This document shows, in pieces, positions 50,640-61,778 of a DNA stretch of 64,000 bases. Source of the DNA: Blasia pusilla (taxonomy: Eukaryota); the NCBI GenBank assembly GCA_050084515.1, contig CM114271.1, forward strand, positions 26,722,001 to 26,786,000. Direction: 5' to 3'. The notes under the pieces are model-generated. The model did no database searches and was not told the DNA's origin. It saw nothing but the letters and a program-made list of their open reading frames with translations. Made by a program: the position numbers and the translations under genes. Position 1 is the stretch's first letter. Each line of letters begins with the position of its first letter.

Positions 50640-52279
50640 AGATATGCCCAAATAATACATAGTACGAAAAAATATACAGATTACACTTTTAAATTTGGAA
50701 ATTTAAACACAAGTTAGAATCGTATTCATCCAAAATGCCACGTGTCAATCAATGGGAATGTCGTAACTTGAAGAAGTGGTATACAATAATAATTTAGATA
50801 TGTATATAATCCTTTAACATTTTGTGTTTATACACACATCCAAAATCTTTCTTACTTACCATTTCTTGTTCATTTCTCAAACTTTGGCTTATCGCAATAG
50901 TCCCAACACAACACATCTTTGGCTATGTTGGCAGGAATTCATTCAAATAAAATAACATCATTTTAAAGTTTTTCAACTTTGCAACGTATCTCCACCAAAT
51001 TTCATTTAGGTTTTGTTTCAATTTAGTTTACTATTTGACAAGCTCAACAACACACCCCACAATCGTTGGCTTGTGTGCCTAAGGAGTTTAAAAATGCTTC
51101 CAATTAAGTTACACATGGATAGTTTATGTCACTACCCTCCAAAAAATCTTCACAACATTTTATGAAGCCATTCGGCAGCGTGCGCTTACTGTTTTTTTAA
51201 AGCTTTGTACATCTTCTATGCCCATCTACGTTCCAAATCATATGTAGGTGCGCCGCATTATTCTTCGAGAATTTACTTCATTAATTACGGCCTCTACAAG
51301 TTCTCGTTGTTATTTTTTCTGGTCATCTAGACTATCCACGTGTCTTATGCACGCGTATGTCAATTACTTTCTTCTCCACTTGTCTTAGAGGCCGAGATTG
51401 CACATCGGTCAATTTAATCCAAGATTTTTCTCGCCCCATTAAACCGAGTCTTACATGGCCAAAAACTCCAACCAAAGATGAAACACCAAACATGAAAAGG
51501 AAAAAAAAATAGAAAAGATACGGACCGCACAATCCCCACTCACCCCTCCAAATACCCCAAATAACCTAAAAGAAAACAAAACAAGCCAAGTTGGCAGGAT
51601 GGACCCATACATACGGGGATAGACACGCAAGGAGAGCAGCTTGGTTGATTAAATAAAGTTTAATTCCGATTTATTTATTGAAACGAAAAGCGCCAGTAAA
51701 ATTCGGGCACGGGCAGGGACCGTGCCCGTGCCCCATGAAGGAAGGACGGACGGGCTAAGGACTGGCTAAGGACGGGCTGAAGAAGAGGTGGCTAAGCCAA
51801 GAGCGAGGATTGGAACGGATTCCTCCCCTCTGGTAAAAGGGGAGGAATTACTCAGTGGGCCCCCCCCCCCCGCGGGGCTCCGAGGAGGAGGAGGTACGGT
51901 ACTGTTCGTGATCGGGAAAGGAGAGGAAGGGGAAGAGAGAAAAACTTTCCTTTCGAGGTTTCGTGGGAAATGTGCTCGCGAAGTCATCTGGTCTATGGAA
52001 CTCGTGTGGGTCGTGTCTCGGTCAGACGGAAGCCTGTCGATACGTCTCTCGTGGTCCATAGTTGCGCCCTTTGCTCCTCGCAGCTGAAGCATTTTGCTGC
52101 GGCGGCTGTTGGTGTATGGCCCGGGTGGTCACCGAGGTGCCCGGCGGGGTTTGTAGGCTCGCTTGTTGTCGCATCGTCATCCTTGAGTATTGAGGTCGTG
52201 GAAGGGGGCCTGCAGCGAAGAACCGTAGACCTAGCCGGGGCGAAACGTGCTCAAGATCCCTTAGAAGAAGATTAAGATT

Positions 52280-52372
52280 AAGAAGAAGAAGAAGAAGGAG
52301 AAGAAGAAGGAGAAGGAGAAGAGAACTCCACGAGTTCTGGTGCGTTGCATTCGTTTGTATGCACTGCACGTT

Positions 52373-52416
<44 letters not shown>

Positions 52417-52662
52417 CCTTTAATGTCTTGTCTAACGTCGTGTGCTTCCTCCGTCAATTGCAATCTCGCCCTTTCTCTCCCCCTTTGACTTTCTCCTTCG
52501 GTGCTTGAAGCTCATGGTCAGGATTGTCTTTCCTAGGATCAAAGCGAACCCTGCCTCTTTAATCTAGACAAGGATCCCTCCCTCCCTCTCTCCTCCCTCC
52601 TCCCTCTTTCCTTCCTCCTTCCTCTCTCTCTCCCTCTCTCCCTCTCTCCCTCCCTCTCTTTC
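52280..52662 (+). repeat. Microsatellite cluster in the ARI 5' region: (GAA/GGA)n, (GA)n and a CT-rich tract
   Basis: GAA repeats at ~52280-52322, (GA)n at ~52375-52412, pyrimidine tract at ~52578-52662. Confidence 0.9.
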
Positions 52663-52779
52663 TGCAATAGCCGATCTCATATCGTCGTCGTTAGGTCGGT
52701 CTGTCCTCCACTCGAATTCGAAAAATTTTCTTCACGCCTGGAATTGGAGACGCCTTGGCGTACGCCCTAAACGCTCTCG

Positions 52780-54387
52780 ATGGACTCCGAAGATGAAATG
52801 CAGGATGCTTGGGATGGAACATCGGACGGGGACTTCTACGATAGGAACGAAGAGGACGACGAGGCGAGTGAGAATACCATGGGCAGTGATGATGACGATG
52901 ACGAGCCGGACTACGGTTTCGATGATTCCGTAACCGATGACGTTAATGTGAGTTCTAGGCTTCCGCAGTCCAATTATACGATTCTCAGTGAGAGGGACAT
53001 TCGCCAGCGACAAGAAGAAGCGGTGACCACAATCACAAATTTCCTTTCCCTGTCGAGGACTGAAGCTGGGATTCTCCTGCGATACTTCAAGTGGAGTGTC
53101 AGCAAAGTGAATGATGAGTGGTTTGCAGATGAAGAGCGCGTGCGACGAAGTGTAGGTCTAGTTTCAACACCGGCAGATCGCAGGAAGTTTCAGCCTTCGG
53201 AGCTCACATGTGGAATCTGCTTTGATAGACAGCCTCTTGAGAGAATGAGGGCGCCAGCGTGCGGCCACTACTTCTGCGACGTCTGTTGGACAGGATATAT
53301 ACACACCGCAATCAACGACGGGCCGGGCTGCCTTACCCTGCACTGTGCTGACCCATCATGTGGTGCTGCTATCGGTGAGGACATGGTCCTGTCCTTGGTT
53401 TGTAATGAAGATCGGGGGAAGTATACTCAATATCTGCTGAGATCCTACGTAGAGGACAACAGAAAGGCAAAGTGGTGCCCGGCACCAGGTTGTGATTATG
53501 CGGTGGAATTTGTTCCTGGAGTAGGTTCATACGACATTACTTGCAAGTGCTCATTCAACTTCTGCTGGAACTGCCTGGAAGAGGCACACCGTCCTGTCGA
53601 TTGTGATACGGTTGGGAAGTGGATTCGGAAGAACAGTGCAGAGTCAGAGAACATGAATTGGATTCTAGCAAATTCCAAACCTTGTCCAAAGTGCAAACGC
53701 CCAATTGAGAAAAATCAAGGTTGTATGCATATCACATGTACTCCTCCCTGTAAATATGAGTTTTGCTGGCTATGTCTTGGCGCTTGGACAGACCACGGTG
53801 AGAGAACCGGAGGATTCTATGCGTGCAACCGTTATGAAATTGCAAAGCAGGAGGGTGTTTATGATGAAGCAGAACGTCGACGAGAGATGGCTAAGAATTC
53901 CCTGGAACGGTATACTCATTATTATGAACGGTGGGCCACAAACGAGTCCTCAAGGGCGAAAGCACTTTCTGATCTCCAACAAATGCAGGCTGTCCACATT
54001 GAGAAGCTCAGTGACAAGCAATGCCAACCTGTATCTCAGCTCAAATTCGTGACAGAAGCCTGGCTCCAGATTGTGGAGTGTCGCCGAGTTCTGAAATGGA
54101 CATATGCATATGGCTACTACCTTCCTGAGAATGAACAAGCCAAGCGACAGTTTTTCGAGTATTTACAGGGGGATGCAGAGGCTGGACTGGAAAGACTCCA
54201 TCAATGTGCAGAGAAGGATTTACAGGGTTTCCTTGAAGGGGATGTTCCTCAAAACAAGTTCAATGATTTCCGCACCAAACTAGCAGGGTTGACTAGTGTG
54301 ACAAGAGCATACTTTGAGAATCTGGTCCGAGCCTTGGAAAATGGACTCGCAGATGTTGACATATCCAGGGGGAGTCGACAAAGGTAG
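52780..54387 (+). CDS. ARI: ARIADNE-family RBR E3 ubiquitin ligase (ARI7/ARI8-like), 535 aa, intronless
   Basis: Acidic N-terminus; RING1 CGICFD...[10 protein letters not shown]...CADPSC; IBR WCPAPGC...[22 protein letters not shown]2 [31 protein letters not shown]; Ariadne domain [12 protein letters not shown]...[13 protein letters not shown]. Confidence 0.95.
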   Translation: MDSEDEMQDAWDGTSDGDFYDRNEEDDEASENTMGSDDDDDEPDYGFDDSVTDDVNVSSRLPQSNYTILSERDIRQRQEEAVTTITNFLSLSRTEAGILLRYFKWSVSKVNDEWFADEERVRRSVGLVSTPADRRKFQPSELTCGICFDRQPLERMRAPACGHYFCDVCWTGYIHTAINDGPGCLTLHCADPSCGAAIGEDMVLSLVCNEDRGKYTQYLLRSYVEDNRKAKWCPAPGCDYAVEFVPGVGSYDITCKCSFNFCWNCLEEAHRPVDCDTVGKWIRKNSAESENMNWILANSKPCPKCKRPIEKNQGCMHITCTPPCKYEFCWLCLGAWTDHGERTGGFYACNRYEIAKQEGVYDEAERRREMAKNSLERYTHYYERWATNESSRAKALSDLQQMQAVHIEKLSDKQCQPVSQLKFVTEAWLQIVECRRVLKWTYAYGYYLPENEQAKRQFFEYLQGDAEAGLERLHQCAEKDLQGFLEGDVPQNKFNDFRTKLAGLTSVTRAYFENLVRALENGLADVDISRGSRQR

Positions 54388-56908
54388 CAGTAGTCCTCAG
54401 GCTTAGGGTAACTGTAAGGGCAGGGAAGGCAGGCCTGAAGTTCTCCACATCAAAATTGGTTACACCAGCCGGAGTGGGGTGATTACAGACTGGTCTTTGT
54501 GAGCATTGCAAGTATGTCAATGTCATTCCCAACTCTCACTGCATTGTCTGCAATCATCTACAACCCTAGGCATGTACATAAGATGTATACACTCAAACTT
54601 ACTCTTCAAGCTGTTTATTTTCATCCATATGTATCCTTGTATGGCTTTTGATCAAAGAAAGAAAAAGAAAAAAACATTGAAACTTAATGCCAATTGCCAA
54701 ACAGAGGAGTCCGGGGTTGATGGTTAGAAGCTATCAACAAGTAGGGCAGGTTGGTGGGTCTAGCTGTTCAACACTAGAACAGATTCCCGGGATCTTAGTG
54801 TTTGATGACGAGAGCATGCAATCTCGGGAACGACACTTCAGTGTCAGGCATTTGCATGTTCCCCAACTGCTGAATTCTCCATCAGTTTGCAAGTACGCTA
54901 ACCATCTTTAGTCACAGATTGAACTTGGGGTACTGAAGTTGAATTGCACACATGCAAGGTTCTTGTTTCCATCCATTCCAATTTTCTTGTAGAGCATGTC
55001 TCCCTCTCCTGATTGTTCTGTTCAATTATCACCAGGATTTAAGTGTGTTGCAGAGAGGATTGTTGCACTCCTGGTTTTAGTGCCAGTGGTCGTGTGATGT
55101 GGGATAACTAGAATGATAATAGGGTTCTGACAAAGGTATGTATGTGAACAATGTGGAAGACTGCTTGCTTGCCTGGAATATTATTTACACTTACACCACA
55201 GCTTGTTTCAGAGGACTTGAGATGAAGTCCTTATGAACTGCATCTCAAGGAGTGTTAGGGGAACTGAGTAGTCTCGACAGTTTCAGAGGATTAGAGATGA
55301 AGTCCTTATGAACTGCAATTCATGGAGTGATGTGGAACTGAGTAGTCTCTGAGCATTTCCACCCTTTCCTATAGAGTCTGACTGGCCAACACAGGTACCA
55401 AGGAAAGTCCAAGGAGAAATGATCCACCCTACCTGCGCAATCTGTCTGTTTATTGAAGGCCTGTGTGGGGGGGAGGCAGGGAAAATTTGAGAGGAGAGAA
55501 GACTGCCATGTTCCAGACACCCGAACATCGGTGGCCTTCTGGAGGGGAGGGGGAGGGTATGTCACAGGGAGAAGTTTGAGGTTTAAATCACCTGTTCCAC
55601 CCCTTAACCCTCTTCATGTGGGCTAGAGAGGATGCGAATGAGGACTGATGATACCCAAGCGGTTTTCGCACGAGTTTAGGTGGAAGTGTGCATATACTCG
55701 GTAGTGGAAGGAAGAAGCTCTTTGTCGTCCGTTGTGTTGGGAACGAATTAAAAACGTGGACCTTGATTCCTTGGTCTTTGTGTAAGCGCAAATAAATAAA
55801 CTGAACCTGAAGTCCTTGGAATTCATGGGGGAATTTGGCGAAGACCCACATGGCCAAGGGAACTCGACAGCATGACATGTCTGCTCAGCCACCAAATCAC
55901 AAGTCCCTGCAATGAATGCACGCCATGAGTCCCAGGTTTATTTATTCGGCCACTCGCGGGGAAAGCAAGCAGGAGGGCACGCTACATTCTCTGCCCCAGT
56001 CCAAGGCCGTGAATGCTAACTATATGAAGTACACAGAGGTCGGCCGCCTCAGCAAACGCCTTGTCGCACTTCAGAGTTGAGCACGCCACGTCTATCCGTA
56101 ACAGCGATTAATGCCTGGGTGAAGTTCACTACTTGTAATTGATCACCCACGTGTATTTGAATATTTTACAATGACTTGCAAATGTCTTGCCTTGCGTCCG
56201 CTCTCAACTTGGAGCAATTACTTCCAAGCTTTCGGGATCGCTCTTTCCTCAGCCGGCCGCCTCGTCTTCACCAGTCGGCGAAGACGAGGCATCACAAAGC
56301 TCCATTTCCTGGCGAAGCAATCCATAAAGTAACTTGGAAAGGATAGCAATGAGATAAGCTTATAAACTTGGCGATAATGGCGAGATTCGATAGGCTCGAA
56401 CAGGTGCATCCAACTAGTATGGTGGGAATACTCTCCACCCCTCGTTGGATCGCAGATTTACCGTCTCACTAAAGTCGTTTTACTGGGATGACACCCACAA
56501 AACCTGCTCAGTTCCCACACGTTCTGCGCATGTCTCAGCGCCTCAAAATGGACTTAAAAAAAGCTTCCAACCATAGTTGACACGGCCGCTTTTCCACCGC
56601 TTCGAAAAAAGTGAAATAAAATATCGCTCCCGCTCAACAGATAAGGGCTCTGCGGAGATCGTGCCGCCCTCGAGACGATCATGCACCCCGACCTTTTCCA
56701 CATGAGAGGCGAACAGCTCTGCTCCGCAATCGGAGCAACGGAACAAACGATGCACTTGCGCTCAACATAGCGATGCTGGTCAATGACAGCACCTGTTCTT
56801 GATCATGTAATTCTATCGGTCCGACATTTCTAGACTCTGCCGTGCCCTTTCGTTGCAGTAGTGGATGGCATTCGATTATTCTTTTGACAGTCCGCATTCA
56901 CACATCTC

Positions 56909-58183
56909 CTATCTGCGCATAAGTAACACTACTGTGTGAGCAGCGATGCTCCGGTTTTCACCTAGACTGTCGACTTTCTCGTGCGTTTTTGCTTTCAAGT
57001 TCACCACCGACGGAGAAGCTTGGAGCAACTCGCAGAGGTTGGCTCTAATGGCCTCTTTGTGAGGGCTCAACTTAGGTCTTTGGAGTATCAATGTTGCATC
57101 CAAATTGCCAAGAACATAACCAGCCTCGTGCATTCGCCGCACCTGTACATCCTCCCCGCAGTCCACCTTCTGGTCAGCGAAGTCACCGCATGACCGTGAC
57201 ACTCGTAGCTGCCAATGAAAGAATTTGGAACAAAGAACGAGAGACAGAAGTGTAGGGCGAGCTGAGGAGAGCTTTTCGACTTACAGCTTCCTTCATGAAA
57301 ACATCAGACGTGCATCCCTTCCATTTCGGATCGTTGTCCGGGAAGATCTGCCCGATGTCCGGAAGACCCAGGGCTCCCAAAATTGCGTCTACAACGCAGT
57401 GATACAACACATCCCCTGTCCATAAAGAGAATCACGGGAAAGTGAAAATGGAATCCACAGCATTTTACTCGTAACTCGCTTGTCCGATAAGCCTTGATCC
57501 CAACGGCACATTCATCGCGCCATGGAAAACAACAGTGGCGAGGGCCGAAATTGACAGAGATGTGGTGAGACAGGTCTAGACACTACTAATGCAAAGTGAT
57601 CGAAACGCGCATGTCCAATGAATTGCATCAAACAAAGTTCCCGGCGCTAGTGTAGAGGAGGGAGTACCATCGGAGTGGGCCTCACAGCCTCGGTCATGGG
57701 GAATGGTGACTCCACCGATGATGAGAGGAAGGTCGGGCTCTAACCGATGCAGGTCAAATCCATGCCCGATTCTGAAAGGTAGCACGGGCGCCTCTTTCAC
57801 TCCTGATGCGGCGTGCACTTCATCAAGCACCGTGTTAATTGCCGAACACGACGACTTCCGAGGGCATCTCGTTTTCGCAATCGCCGCAGTCAAATTTCTC
57901 CTGTAAGAAAATTTCCGCGACGATGAGCTCCACCATGCGCGCTCCAGAAGCTCAATTTGCAAAACTCCTACCAACCAGTTGGTTATGGACACTCTACCTG
58001 ACAGGAGACGTTACCTGAAGGACGATTGCACCCGTGAGCCAGAAAAGAATTCGCTGACGAGAAGCCAAAATAAGAATTCGATGAGGAGGACGCACACGCG
58101 TTGCTCCTCACTGGCGAAGCTCCCACAACCATCGAGCCGGACACCCTCTCCAGGCATCCCACGCTCTGCACTGCTGTTGCCAT
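56909..58183 (-). CDS. ispF: 2-C-methyl-D-erythritol 2,4-cyclodiphosphate synthase (plastid MEP pathway); exons ~58183-58015/57998, ~57900-57668, 57415-57285, 57142-56909
   Basis: [11 protein letters not shown]...[37 protein letters not shown]...[17 protein letters not shown]...[15 protein letters not shown]. The last two introns are clean GT-AG. The Ser-rich transit-peptide exon is present, but the intron-1 junction is unresolved. Confidence 0.93.
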
Positions 58184-61100
58184 TTCTCCTCCTGCAAATT
58201 CCCTCCTCTGTCTGACTGTCGCAGAACTTTTAAGTGGAGACAGATTCCCCGATTTTATGCAGAAACAAATGCTCACAGACAGATTCTCGGACTCTCCCTT
58301 GAACCGAAGACGCAACAATCACAAACACACAGAGAGGGAGATGAGAGCAGAGAACGCAACCAAATCGGAAAACCAAAACGCAAGACTGCAGCAGTGAGGT
58401 CTGGACACTGTCATGACTGTGAGCTTACTAGGGCGTCTCAATTAGCCCTGAGGAAGTCCTCATTCCCGTGCTTTCAAACAATTGTTTTTTTTTTCCCCTA
58501 AAAATAAGTCAATTAAGAATAAAACCGATACGTTTGAAACGAGTGTCTTTTTCCAACCGTATCTCTTTTTCAATGGCCAAGAGAGTATCATTAGAAGAAA
58601 ACGTTTATGAAACTAGTAAACCTGAACCTCTCCCCACCCTTCGTTTGAATGGTAAAAATATATAAAAATTTGTATTTTTAGTTTTAATGTATTCCATTGA
58701 AAGAGGTGTTATGGCACATTCACAAAATGTTATTTTAAAATTTTTATTTGAGGTCTTAAAAAAATGATGGAAATTTCATCATAAGTATGTGAAGGTGTGA
58801 GTATGTGAGTATTTCCCCCTTTTCTTTTCACAAACGGCATGGGAAAAGAAAAGGGGTAAACCCTTGCTATCCTCTCCTCAAGACATATATAAAATACTAT
58901 ATATCTATATTACAGTATTTTTTTTAAAATAATTTTTTTTTCATGAGAGATGAAATGAGAAAATATTTGATGTTTTAATCTGTGGGGAATATATTAATTC
59001 TCTTGGAGGGCAAAGGATATACACGAGAGTAATTTAAAATAAGAATTGTACATTATTCCAACAAGGAACATAGTAAAGGCTATGGTTGTAACAAGGAGTT
59101 AGTTGCCCAAATGGAACTCCATATTGAGACGTCCCACTAATTACTTTAGGGGTTCCCACTTTTTCTTTGCTCGCTGCCGAATGTGGCCTTGGTTTTCGTG
59201 GCACGAGATCGAGAATCCGGAAGTTAGTCGGAAGAACTCACATTTTGATGAAACCATATTTTGCACATCATGCTCTGCTTTCCACTGCCAATTTCATATG
59301 AGCCTATGCCTAAGTATGAAGTCCTTTGTACTTGGCCATGTCTCCAAGAGCATACGTGTCCTCTTTTCATCTCCAACCATGAGGCTAGATAAGTGATTAT
59401 TTTGTTCTTCGACCATCTATCCTTGTTACGACATCTAATTCATGCATAACAATGTCTAGGTGTGAAATTTGGGATTTTGAGTCCCTCTCCTTGTACTTCC
59501 GATGGATTCTCTCGTCTCCTTTTATTCAGGTCTTGCTAATTCTAAATAGTTGGCTATGCTTAGCTTATAGAGCTCTAAATATTGCACAATTTTGAGGGTT
59601 GAGGACGTTTGGAAGAATGCCAAAGTGCGACATAAAGCTCCTTCCCATGCTTTGTGCAAAGGAGTAGAATTGCTAGTGAAAGGAGTACATCGAGTTCTTA
59701 TTCAAGGAAATGAATAGGGAGCATTCTTTTGGATTGAGTCCAAACTAGAAGTAGGGGATGCCAAGGTCCCTTATATTTGGAGAATTTGCTTACCCATCAA
59801 GTTCAAAATTTTTAGAAGTAGTCTAAAAGCTTTTAACTACCTCCAAAAGAAGATATTTTTTCATTAAAAAACTAGCAAATGCATGAAAATTATAACATAA
59901 AAAAAACTCATATAAGGCCAAGAAAGATCAAAAGAAGACCAACGTTAGAAATATAAAAGGAATGAAAAAAAATTCAAGTTAAATTGAAACCATAAAAAAA
60001 TAAAAAAATAGAGCATCAAAACCAAAAGTTATTTAATAAGTTAGGTAATTAATGGATGACCAATTATGAATAGATGATGAAATGAGTCTTCCATTCACAA
60101 TCGATCAATCATTTGGGATAAAGGGATGCCCACACTTGTTTTAAGGACTCTTTTTTGGCATGAAGTGCTACTTTGTGAGTGGTACCATTAATTTCTTGCT
60201 AGTGAATGTTGTACGAGTGTCTTGTGAGGCTTTTACAAATATATTGGTCTTTGCAAGTGGGTTTTTTTGGTAAGTGTTCCTTATTTACAAGTCCTTAAAG
60301 CTACATTGGAATCCTAAATAAATGGCAATATGTTTTATGAGTCTACTTTGAATCCAAATTAGTTATTATTCACAAAATGGCATTTTTCGCAAGTGCGCGG
60401 ATTGGCAAGGAACTCCCACGTGTACGATTAGGACTTGTAAAATTATTCATATGCTTTCAAGTCATGTGGCTTGAGCTTTGCCCTAGTCATTTCAACAATA
60501 TGTCTTTTTGATATGGATGATGCTTCGGAGGGTAAACAAAGTGTGGTGGAGCTCTACCATGATAAGAATGATAACGCATGGAATTCCAATAATGTCGAAG
60601 ACGTTCTTTTCTCCCATGTTCCATAGGAAATTTTGATTGTGGGATTATCAAAAGGTGTCGATGGTTGTGTTAATAAGTTTGAAGCAAATTTAGGAAGATT
60701 CTACATGTCCAATTTATTGCATGTTCACTATCAAAATGTTTAATTTGAGTTAGAATATTTCTTGTTGTAGTTGTAATGCAAAATATCCTATATCACAAAA
60801 AAAATCCATGATTTCAAGATTGAGGAGTTTTTACACTATAACATAGTGGGATAAGAAAAATGGAAGATGAGTACATATAATAGACGTTATTCAAGACATA
60901 TGTACATAGATTCAAAGACCAACAAAGATTTCAATAAAAATATGCCAAAGAGTAAGATTCTTTATCTCCAAAATCCTTGAAATGAGGTTTATACAATGGA
61001 TTTCTATTTGTAGCTAACAAATATATCTTTCCTATCTCTATAATTTGAGTTGCAATAGTCAAAATATATAAATCTTCCTTCCACCCTCAAGATCCCACCG

Positions 61101-61778
61101 CAAATGGAGTTTCTTATGGCAACCCTCTACCCACTCCTACTGAGCATTACCATCTTGGCAAGGACCACACATGATTAGATATAGTTGGAAATTTTCCCAT
61201 ATTGTATATAGTTACCATCTATGTAATAATGTTGATGGATGTCCTTCACACTTCATATAATTAGAAGGAAGAAGCCCTCTTCACCATTTCCCTCCATTTA
61301 AAATAGGAATCTAATGCACCAACACGGGGGAACAAAGTAGGTTAGTCATTCTCATCACTATGATTTCCCATGAATATCCTACTAAGCAAAAGACTTAAAG
61401 TATGGTATGAGGGCCCGTATTAAACTGTTTGACTATATATTGGCTATCCCATGCTTCCACCATCACATCACATTCCATGTAACACTCTTTTGAACTACTA
61501 ACCATGTTGACAAGCCCACACCTCTGAATAACATTATGAATATTCTTATGTATCCAAACTCAAAGTCACATCTCTTAGCTTCATGTTTGAGTGACGTGTT
61601 GCCTAATATAAGATTAATGCGTACTCACACTATCTTGTGACTACTCTATTCATTGCTGAGTTTTTGGCATGGTGAGGCCAACATGAACTCTAGCACATAG
61701 CCGACCATTTCTTGGATGAGGCTTTAAATATCATCTCAAGTCACCCTCAAAAGTTATACCTGTATCTTTTATAATTTT

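Noticed and set aside
55219-55349. ~57-bp local duplication between ARI and ispF (similar small ones at ~16355 and ~14470)
   Set aside because: Ordinary short tandem duplications with no evident function.
24343-58183. ERG28 and ispF as an isoprenoid gene cluster
   Set aside because: They are 30 kb apart, separated by unrelated genes, and act in different compartments and pathways; most likely coincidence.
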